DNA of 64,000 nucleotides from contig OY782041.1 in assembly GCA_963677595.1 (NCBI GenBank), forward strand, positions 1,728,001 through 1,792,000. The letters run 5' to 3'. Shown here in pieces: positions 57,043 through 64,000 of this stretch. Source of the stretch: Spirochaetia bacterium. Its GTDB lineage: Bacteria > Spirochaetota > Spirochaetia > CAKZLE01. The position numbers and the translations under genes are program-made. Position 1 is the stretch's first letter. Every line of letters starts with the position of its first letter. The notes under the pieces were generated by a model, which saw nothing but the letters and a program-made list of their open reading frames with translations, searched no databases and was not told the DNA's origin.

Positions 57043-58213
57043 GTACCTGTTGTCCTATCTTCAGCTCCCCGGTTCCCGGGGGCAGTATGACCAGTGCTTC
57101 CGTCTCCACCATGGCATTCAGGTGGGCGGAACCCATATAACGGACGGGCCTGAAGAGGGGAAGTCCCTGCTCTGGGGCATCCGGGATGATGCGGACCGGA
57201 CGGAACTCCATCCGTTCGGTATCGCGCCTGCGGATACTCACCTCAAGCATCCCGACAGTCCCCGCGGGCTTGAAGGTCAGGCCGTTGAGGTGATGGATGA
57301 ACGGCTTGACCAGCACCTCGAAGAGGATGTAAGTGGAGACGGGGTTGCCCGGGAGCCCGAAGACGAAGGTGTCGTCCCTCCTCCCGAAGAGGGTTGGCCG
57401 TCCCGGTTTGACGAGTACCCCATGGAACCTGATATTCACGCCGAGATCCTCGAGCGTTCCCGGGACGTAGTCGTACTCTCCCTTGGATACGCCGCCGCTG
57501 AGGATGACGAGGTCGCACTCATCGAGCGCCCGCTCCAGGGTCCTGCGATGGAGGTCTCGGTCATCGGCGATGATCCCGTAGCTGACCGGGGCTGCTCCCG
57601 CTGCCAGGATCTGGCACCTGAGCTGCCTCCCGTTGCTGTCGTAGATCTCTCCCGGGTTCAGTGTTTCCCCCGGATTCCTCAGCTCGCTTCCCGTCGTGAC
57701 GATCCCGACCTTCAGGGTCCGGAAGGCCTGCAGCTCAGCGATGCCCGAGGCTGCAAGGCTCCCGATGTCGCCGGCGCCGAGTCGCTTCCTGGGCATGAAA
57801 GTGTCGCCTTTATGGAGGTTCTCCCCCCTATGTATGATATTCTCATAGGGTTCAGGCTGCGTGATGCGCATGACCCCGTCCTGTTCTTCCGTATACTCCA
57901 CGCGGACGATCTTCCCCGCGCCTTCCGGTACCATGGCACCCGTCATGATCTTCGTGCAGTGCCCGGCCTTCAACGCGACGGTTGGGGTCTCCCCGGCAGC
58001 TACAGTCTCGAGGATCCTGAGCTCTGTCGATGCATCCCCTTCCATGACGGCGTAGCCGTCCATCGCCGACTTGTCGAATGGAGGGGAGTCTACCGCAGAA
58101 GCCGGGGGTTCCGCGAGGAACCGGCCGAAAGCCTCCTCGAGCTGGATGGTCTCTACCTGTGCAGGGTATTCCTGGCTGTACAGGATATCTTCTGCTTCCT
58201 GAAATGAAATCAT
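57026..58213 (-). CDS. moeA: Molybdopterin metal insertase
   Basis: SAMDGYA, IMTGA, SGGVS.G..D, KPG.P, LPGNP. Confidence 0.93.
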   Translation of the reverse strand: MISFQEAEDILYSQEYPAQVETIQLEEAFGRFLAEPPASAVDSPPFDKSAMDGYAVMEGDASTELRILETVAAGETPTVALKAGHCTKIMTGAMVPEGAGKIVRVEYTEEQDGVMRITQPEPYENIIHRGENLHKGDTFMPRKRLGAGDIGSLAASGIAELQAFRTLKVGIVTTGSELRNPGETLNPGEIYDSNGRQLRCQILAAGAAPVSYGIIADDRDLHRRTLERALDECDLVILSGGVSKGEYDYVPGTLEDLGVNIRFHGVLVKPGRPTLFGRRDDTFVFGLPGNPVSTYILFEVLVKPFIHHLNGLTFKPAGTVGMLEVSIRRRDTERMEFRPVRIIPDAPEQGLPLFRPVRYMGSAHLNAMVETEALVILPPGTGELKIGQQVHARLI

Positions 58214-58626
58214 GCTGTGCCTCTTCTGTTCCGTTAACGTACTGGCAGCTGCCGGATGGGAACTGCCACGTACTTCAGTATAGGGGAAAAGTGGAAAAAA
58301 TCCAAATGGAAGAATGGTCTTCGGGGGAGTAAATCCCGTGATCCCTGATCACAGGATAGAAAGGCATAATGGCAATTTTTCTATTTTTTGCCGATATAGC
58401 TCTGGAGGTGGTGCTATTGACAAACTACCACTTCTTAACCAATTGCCAAATGGTATTTGTACAAGGCAATACATCTTACATACAGCTCAGAAGGTGGATC
58501 CCACGTTCAAGGGGGCACAGCTCCAATATCTGCTGGATGTCTTGAATGATTCCCATATGCTCATCAGGTTAGGGCGCATCCAATTCCAGAAGGCTGAGAG
58601 TTCTATCTTTGACCATATCTAGAAGG

Positions 58627-59121
58627 TCAGGAGTGAGTGGTCAGAGAAAGCTTCTTCTCAAAGTCAAGCAGGAGGCTGGTCGTTATCGCCTGATTGATCG
58701 AATGGATCTTTCTGGCAGCAGTAGGGGCCCTTTGGGGGGAGATTACCTTTACCTTAACCAGGATTAGCAGCAGCTCCAATCCCCAGATTACCTGACCTCC
58801 GGCTTCTTGGCACGTTATGCGGAGTACTTTGTCATTCGTGAGACATACCCATTGCTCTTTTTGGACGAAATACAGGCAGGCTCTGTCTTGGAATGAGAGC
58901 CGTGGATTCCGTGGCAGATCCAATGGGGTCTCGATGATAATCAATCCGAGTTCCTTAGCTTTTTTCTCAGACAGCGCTTTTACCTCATGAAGAACAACAT
59001 CGGGAATATATACAGCTTTCCAGCAATGTGCCATTTGCCTTATGATGCCCTCATCGACAGCTGCCAAGTCTATCAGGATATTTGCATCACAGACAGCGGC
59101 TCCCTCTATGGGTCTACTCAT
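58627..59121 (-). CDS. PIN-like domain protein
   Basis: VCDANILID, V..E, LSFQD..CL, LTND..LR. Confidence 0.8.
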   Translation of the reverse strand: MSRPIEGAAVCDANILIDLAAVDEGIIRQMAHCWKAVYIPDVVLHEVKALSEKKAKELGLIIIETPLDLPRNPRLSFQDRACLYFVQKEQWVCLTNDKVLRITCQEAGGQVIWGLELLLILVKVKVISPQRAPTAARKIHSINQAITTSLLLDFEKKLSLTTHS

Positions 59122-60223
59122 GAAGTTCAGCTAACTCCTGCTGCCAATCATTGATGCGGTCCCGCATCTCCTCTACGGACAGGTGCAGGAGTTCCCCAGC
59201 TAGGGAGATGGAGATGAGCTCCTTGTCATATGCCTTTCGAACCAGCCGTGCATACCGATCTTCTATCAGTTCGAAACGGCTTATGGCGTCAGGTTCATAG
59301 AAGTCTTTCAGGTCATGGTTGTATTTGCGTTTGTATTGAACAGCGAAATCCCTATTCAGGACAGCACGATCCAATGTAGGGTTGATCTGGCTCAGGCGAT
59401 ACAGCACGGTCTTATAGCTGACTTTGAATAGCTTCTTGGTCCTCAGCACGGAATCGACAAAATCAAGGCCGGTTGAGGCATTCCATTCCCTGATGAAGGT
59501 CTTTGAGGGGACAAGCAGCGTCTGGGCAAATTCATTTGCCTCGTCCTCCTCAGTCTTGTCTTCTCCCTGAATAGGCTCGCCATAGGATCCTCGGTGAAGG
59601 ATGAGGTGCCCAAGCTCATGGGCAATGGTGAAAAGCTGCCTCTCAACAGAGATCCCCTGTCCGGAATTGGCGATGATAGCAGGCCCTCCATCCTGTGCCC
59701 CTATAGAGAGACCGAATGTCTTCCTGAAGCCAAAATCATATAATCGCAGCTTGATACCCAAATCCTCGATCATGCTGGCTAGGTTACAGATTGGAGCATG
59801 TTCCGGCAGATCGAGGATCCTGCGTACCTCAGAACTTGCTTGCCCTGGATCCCGGGTACCTATATCATCCAGCCTGGACTCAAGGTGATCGTCCAATAAG
59901 CCTTCGAGGTACAGGTAGTTTTCCAGCCAGACAGCTGCCTCGATCCTGGTCTGGTCCCGTTGAGCTTTTTCCCTTCCACTCAACCGGTTGGTCCGAAACC
60001 TGATAGTCTTCAATTCGAGGGGGTCTGCCAGCAGGTCGATGAAGCGGGCACCCAGTGCGTCAGCCAGCTTGAGCAGCGTACTGGATCTTGGGATCGATCT
60101 TCCATTCAGGATGTTTGAGAGAGTTGCGGTGCCCATACCGATCTCTGCAGAGAGCTGTTTTATGGTGAACCCCTCCTTTTTCATCAATCTCCTGAGATTA
60201 CTGCCAATATCTTGTATAGCCAT
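59114..60223 (-). CDS. XRE-HTH plus ImmA/IrrE metallopeptidase
   Basis: N-terminal HTH; FTIAHELGHL; EDEANEFA..LL.P. Confidence 0.9.
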   Translation of the reverse strand: MAIQDIGSNLRRLMKKEGFTIKQLSAEIGMGTATLSNILNGRSIPRSSTLLKLADALGARFIDLLADPLELKTIRFRTNRLSGREKAQRDQTRIEAAVWLENYLYLEGLLDDHLESRLDDIGTRDPGQASSEVRRILDLPEHAPICNLASMIEDLGIKLRLYDFGFRKTFGLSIGAQDGGPAIIANSGQGISVERQLFTIAHELGHLILHRGSYGEPIQGEDKTEEDEANEFAQTLLVPSKTFIREWNASTGLDFVDSVLRTKKLFKVSYKTVLYRLSQINPTLDRAVLNRDFAVQYKRKYNHDLKDFYEPDAISRFELIEDRYARLVRKAYDKELISISLAGELLHLSVEEMRDRINDWQQELAELHE

Positions 60224-60438
60224 CCGTCTCTCCTGTCTACAGTATAGCAAACTATGCATGAATTAACAAATAATAAAAATACATAGCAAACTAACTATAA
60301 AATAGTTATATAAGATAATAGATACTAAGTAATGACCCTACAGACTTTCGGGTATCCATATCATGCGTACATGCAACAGGGCTCCCCTGATGTGGGAAGT
60401 CATTGGATGTGTATGGGGGAAGAGGGGCGTATGCTTGG

Positions 60439-61821
60439 TTACCAGGATCCGCCTACAGCTGCTTCATAGAACTGCAGGAAGATCGTCAACGCCAGGATGT
60501 CGGCAGAACCTCCGGGGCTGATGTTCTCCGCGATGAACTCCCCGTCCAGCCGGGAGGCCTCCTGCAGGCCCTCAGGTCCTGAGAACCTCTCTGATCCTAT
60601 CAGGTCCTGCATCTCTCCCTGCAGCCTGAGCATCCGCTCATAGCTCGACCGGGAGATGATGTTCGTGTCCCCGGACACTGCCATGATCGCTGCCAGGGTC
60701 CTCACGCAGGCATCGTTGAACGACTGTCCGGCAGAAAGATGTTCATGCAATGTGGGGAGGGCGGTCCTGAAGACGATGGGGAAGCCTGCAGCAGCCTCTC
60801 CCCGGATGCCGGTCAGCCCGTAGCGGCTGAAGCAGCGCTTCCCCGCGGTGACAGCGGAGGAGTCAGAGAAATCGTCCATGAGATGGGTTGTCATCGCCGA
60901 GCAGGTACCGGCAAGCTGTTCCCGCGAGCAGCCTTCCGACCTCATATGGAGCCTGCCTGCCGCACAGCAGATGATGCCGAGGGAGAAGATCAAGCCTTTG
61001 TGGGTATTGACCCCGCCTGTGGCTTCGAACATGTCCAGCTCAGCCTCCCTGCCGACCGGGCGTATCAGCCCGAACAGCTTCACGGGGTCCAGTCCCGGGT
61101 TGCGTGAGCCGATGAGAGCAAGCTCCCGGAAGTAGGCACGCAGGCTCACGGCACTGTCGATGAAGGAGAAGAAGTCCATGTCGGTATGGGAGCCGCTGTT
61201 ATCACGGTCTACCAGGCCGGGCTTCGGGGTCACCGAAACCTCATAGAGCAGGGCCTTCACTGCCAGGTCTGCACAGAGTTCGGCATGCATCCCTATCTGA
61301 TGGTCCTTCATAATCTGGCAGGATGCTTCGAGGATCTCGTCCAGGCTGTGAGCACGGGAGCGTGCACAGACAGCAGCCTCCTTCCCGCAGAGCAGGCACC
61401 TTCGTTCGGGGAACCCGATCTCGGTTCGTGAGACCTTGGACCCGTCGAGCCGGATCACGTCGATGTCAAAGAGGCGCCCCAGGGGCGTCTCCTCTTCCAG
61501 TCCCGTCATGAGCCGCTTGATGGCTACTGGGTCACCCCCGGCGGGGATCAGGGCCTCATACCCGGTCGACTCCCGGGTCTCTGTCACGGCCTGCAGTGCG
61601 ATGCCCTCCGCCCGGCACCTTCGGGTGATGAGTCGCAGGCCCTCCTCGAAGGTCCGTACCGTGAGCGGGAAGACCTTGACCGGTCCCGCGATGTTCAGGG
61701 TGAAAGAGATAATGGGGGAATCGTAGGTCCCGATGAGTTCTCGCTGCAGGGCGCTGCGATGCTCCCGTGCATCGAGGATCTCCTCGAGAGTTACCTGTCT
61801 GCCTGTTACTGACGTATCCAT
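60439..61821 (-). CDS. citXG: Fused CitX-CitG (holo-ACP synthase / triphosphoribosyl-dephospho-CoA synthase)
   Basis: N.AGPVK, GRLFDIDV, RRCLLC...CARSRAH; PKPGLVD, GSHTDM, NTHKG, SPGGSAD. Alternative start at 61851. Confidence 0.9.
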   Translation of the reverse strand: MDTSVTGRQVTLEEILDAREHRSALQRELIGTYDSPIISFTLNIAGPVKVFPLTVRTFEEGLRLITRRCRAEGIALQAVTETRESTGYEALIPAGGDPVAIKRLMTGLEEETPLGRLFDIDVIRLDGSKVSRTEIGFPERRCLLCGKEAAVCARSRAHSLDEILEASCQIMKDHQIGMHAELCADLAVKALLYEVSVTPKPGLVDRDNSGSHTDMDFFSFIDSAVSLRAYFRELALIGSRNPGLDPVKLFGLIRPVGREAELDMFEATGGVNTHKGLIFSLGIICCAAGRLHMRSEGCSREQLAGTCSAMTTHLMDDFSDSSAVTAGKRCFSRYGLTGIRGEAAAGFPIVFRTALPTLHEHLSAGQSFNDACVRTLAAIMAVSGDTNIISRSSYERMLRLQGEMQDLIGSERFSGPEGLQEASRLDGEFIAENISPGGSADILALTIFLQFYEAAVGGSW

Positions 61822-62177
61822 TGAACCGCTCCCTATACCAGGTCCTTTCATTCCCCTGTTGTAAACAAGTTAGAAATATAGTCCAGAAATCTGTGTATGA
61901 CAAGCTTATAGAAAAGGGTATACAGGAGTTCGGTGAAAAGGCAGGCAGTCATACTCCAGGTTCTCCCATCGCCCGAAGCAGTATGGTATTCGTAAATGTA
62001 AGCAGAATTTCATAATGAATTCTAAAATGAAATTCACAATAGAATATATCTCAAGTAATACCTGCATGAGCCAGAGTGGCAGCATACCTTGGTTATACCA
62101 TGAACTTGTGCATGAAGTATAGTAACTGCTTGAAATAAAGAAAGATACTAAATCTTCCTTTCTCCGATGTGTTTTTT

Positions 62178-62193
62178 TGGCATGCATATTGCT
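62178..62193 (+). promoter_or_regulatory. Sigma-54 promoter
   Basis: TGGCAT-GCATA-TTGCT; candidate UAS GAATTTCAT..ATGAAATTC at 62005-62035. Confidence 0.8.
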
Positions 62194-62248
62194 TTGGTAT
62201 CAGCACGTGGCGGCCACCCATGTTCTCTAAACAGGAAAGGTATAGAAG

Positions 62249-63130
62249 ATGAGAATTGGTTTCATAGGATTTGGTGAAGCAGCATATAATATCTCGTTGG
62301 GTCTCAAGGGAGAAGGTATGGACGGGATCATTGCGTATGATGCGATGATCGACCATGCCGAACTCGGTCCGCGGATCCGGGAGCGGGCAGGGGAGAGTGG
62401 TGTGACCATGGCATCCTCTGCTGTCGAAGTGGTGAAGGACGTTGACTACCTCTTCGTGGCAGTCCCTGCCGTGAATGCGCAGGATGTCTACCGGGAGATA
62501 GTCAGTGACCTGAGAGCTGGTCAGGTCTATATAGATGTCTGCGCAACGACCCCGGCAGTCAAGGAAGAGTTGACGAAAGGGGTGGAACAGGCAGGAGCTG
62601 TGTATGTCGATGCGGCGATGCTGGGATCGCTCCCGCTGAATAAGCATAGAGTGCCAATCACCGCAAGCGGGACCGGGGCTGCCAGGTTTCATGAGGAGAT
62701 GTCAGCATTCGGGATGCAGATCAAGTGTATCAGCTCCCAGGCAGGTGCAGCGTCAGCAGTCAAGCTGATCCGCAGTATCTTCATGAAGGGTATTGCATCC
62801 CTGATGTTCGAGATGCTTGAGGGAGCACAAGAGTATGATGTGATAGACGAGGTGGTGGAGTCCATATCCAAGTCCATGGATGGGATCCCGTTCGAGAGCC
62901 ACTTGAACCGCCTTGTCACAGGAACTGCCGTGCATGCTGCGAGAAGGGCAGCTGAACTGCAGGGGTCAGTCCAGATGCTCGCCGACTGTGATATCGACAA
63001 TGTGATGGCCATAGCTGCAAAGCACAAACATGAATTGGTTGCACAGCTGGTATCAGATAAGATGCATTCCGGCGATATCAAGGGTTACCGAGATACCATA
63101 ACGGCGATGCATGCAGCTTCAAGGAATTAG
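62249..63130 (+). CDS. NAD(P)-dependent beta-hydroxyacid dehydrogenase family (DUF1932-type)
   Basis: GFIGFGEAA, ASAVKLIRS.FMKG, HA.RR..E. Confidence 0.85.
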   Translation: MRIGFIGFGEAAYNISLGLKGEGMDGIIAYDAMIDHAELGPRIRERAGESGVTMASSAVEVVKDVDYLFVAVPAVNAQDVYREIVSDLRAGQVYIDVCATTPAVKEELTKGVEQAGAVYVDAAMLGSLPLNKHRVPITASGTGAARFHEEMSAFGMQIKCISSQAGAASAVKLIRSIFMKGIASLMFEMLEGAQEYDVIDEVVESISKSMDGIPFESHLNRLVTGTAVHAARRAAELQGSVQMLADCDIDNVMAIAAKHKHELVAQLVSDKMHSGDIKGYRDTITAMHAASRN

Positions 63131-63139
63131 GAGAAATTT

Positions 63140-63841
63140 ATGCCTGTAGGAAAACGGATATATTTACAGAGGGACCTGCCTGATGCCGGGCTGGTCGAGG
63201 AGTTCAAGAACATCCCCGCATCCAATTGCGCGGATGTCATGGAGCGATCCTGCGGGATGAACCCCCGTATTCGCTTGATGAGCAGCCCGAAGAGCCAGAT
63301 GATGGCCGGGCCTGCCTTCACCGTGAAGGCACGGGCTGGGGATAACCTGCTCATCCATGCCGCACTGAACCTGGTGCAGGAAGGTGATGTGCTGGTAGTC
63401 TCGAATGAAGGGGACCAGACCCGTTCATTGATCGGTGAGGTGATGCTTGCCTACCTGTTCTTTACGAAGAAAGTGGCAGGGATCATCCTTGATGGGCCAA
63501 TCCGTGACATAGATGAAGTCAAGAACTGGGACTTCCCGATCTATGCCACCGGGACGACGCCCGGAGGTCCCTATAAGGAAGGACCGGGTGAGGTCAATGT
63601 GCCGATCTCCTGCGGGGAGCAGAGCGTGAGGCCGGGAGATATCATCCTTGCTGATCCTGACGGGATCATCGTCATACCGAGGAAGGATGCCCCATCGATC
63701 CTGGAAGATGCCAAGGCGTTCCAGGCAATGGATGAGCAGAAGCTTGAAGCAGCCAAGAACGGGACAGCGAACCGGGAATGGGTGGGCAAACTGCTTGAAA
63801 CCAAGGGGTTTGAGATAATTGATGCTGTATATCGTGATTGA
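63140..63841 (+). CDS. RraA/HMG-aldolase family protein
   Basis: GPAFTV...GDNL, GE, DGPIRD, V.PGDII.AD.DG. Confidence 0.88.
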   Translation: MPVGKRIYLQRDLPDAGLVEEFKNIPASNCADVMERSCGMNPRIRLMSSPKSQMMAGPAFTVKARAGDNLLIHAALNLVQEGDVLVVSNEGDQTRSLIGEVMLAYLFFTKKVAGIILDGPIRDIDEVKNWDFPIYATGTTPGGPYKEGPGEVNVPISCGEQSVRPGDIILADPDGIIVIPRKDAPSILEDAKAFQAMDEQKLEAAKNGTANREWVGKLLETKGFEIIDAVYRD

Positions 63842-63868
63842 CACGTTATATAATAAATGGAGGTTGTT

Positions 63869-64000
63869 ATGAAAAAGATTCTAGTAGTTCTGGTGTTATT
63901 GAGCATGATGTTCGGGTTGTACGCCCAGGGTGGACAGGAAGCTGCTGAGGGTGCCGATGCATGGCCAAGCCAGCCGATTAATGTCCTGGTTCCTGCCTCT
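63869..64000 (+). CDS. Tripartite tricarboxylate transporter binding protein (TctC/Bug), 3'-truncated
   Basis: GGAGG RBS, signal peptide, AWPSQPINVLVPAS. Confidence 0.7.
   Translation, partial: MKKILVVLVLLSMMFGLYAQGGQEAAEGADAWPSQPINVLVPAS

Noticed and set aside
58214-58300. Moco/Tuco riboswitch upstream of moeA
   Set aside because: The apparent leader is too short and shows only one hairpin; an Rfam search would settle it.
58314-58622. 102-aa plus-strand ORF
   Set aside because: No recognisable family or clear RBS; may be a gene relic but cannot be supported.
1-64000. rRNA, tRNA, prophage structural genes, retron or group II intron
   Set aside because: No cloverleaf, rRNA signature, capsid/terminase or reverse-transcriptase motif seen.

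Overview
Bacterial chromosomal window, probably from an anaerobic spirochaete (inferred from the 'AGGNTE/AQGGQE'-type secreted solute-binding proteins and the gene content). In order: (1) AT-rich sugar ABC/oxidoreductase cluster (1-5934); (2) IS hotspot: an IS1634-family element (6198-10806, 6-bp TSD) splits an EctA-like GNAT gene, is itself split by a second IS1634-family element (7102-9256, 5-bp TSD), and is followed by an ISAs1-family element (11649-13934, 9-bp TSD); all three carry an accessory ORF; (3) AcoR-like sigma-54 activator and a sigma-54 operon (acoA/B-like E1, E3, split E2, SCP2, Zn-ADH, AOR, MoaD, SDR); (4) three AAA+/DUF4143-type genes, one enclosed in nested direct repeats (26 bp and 52 bp) and two lying divergently from an MNT gene or its relic; (5) divergent sigma-54 pyrimidine uptake and reductive degradation operons, including a circularly permuted NMT1/THI5 binding protein; (6) LysR/YeiH, TetR/amidase/DUF5058, EAL, DHDPS-like genes, an orphan Phd domain with a histone-like tail, Mo/W-cofactor genes, XRE-ImmA plus PIN, citXG and the start of a sigma-54 TctC-linked operon. 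No rRNA, tRNA or CRISPR array was seen. Family calls come from motif recognition by eye, not database searches.
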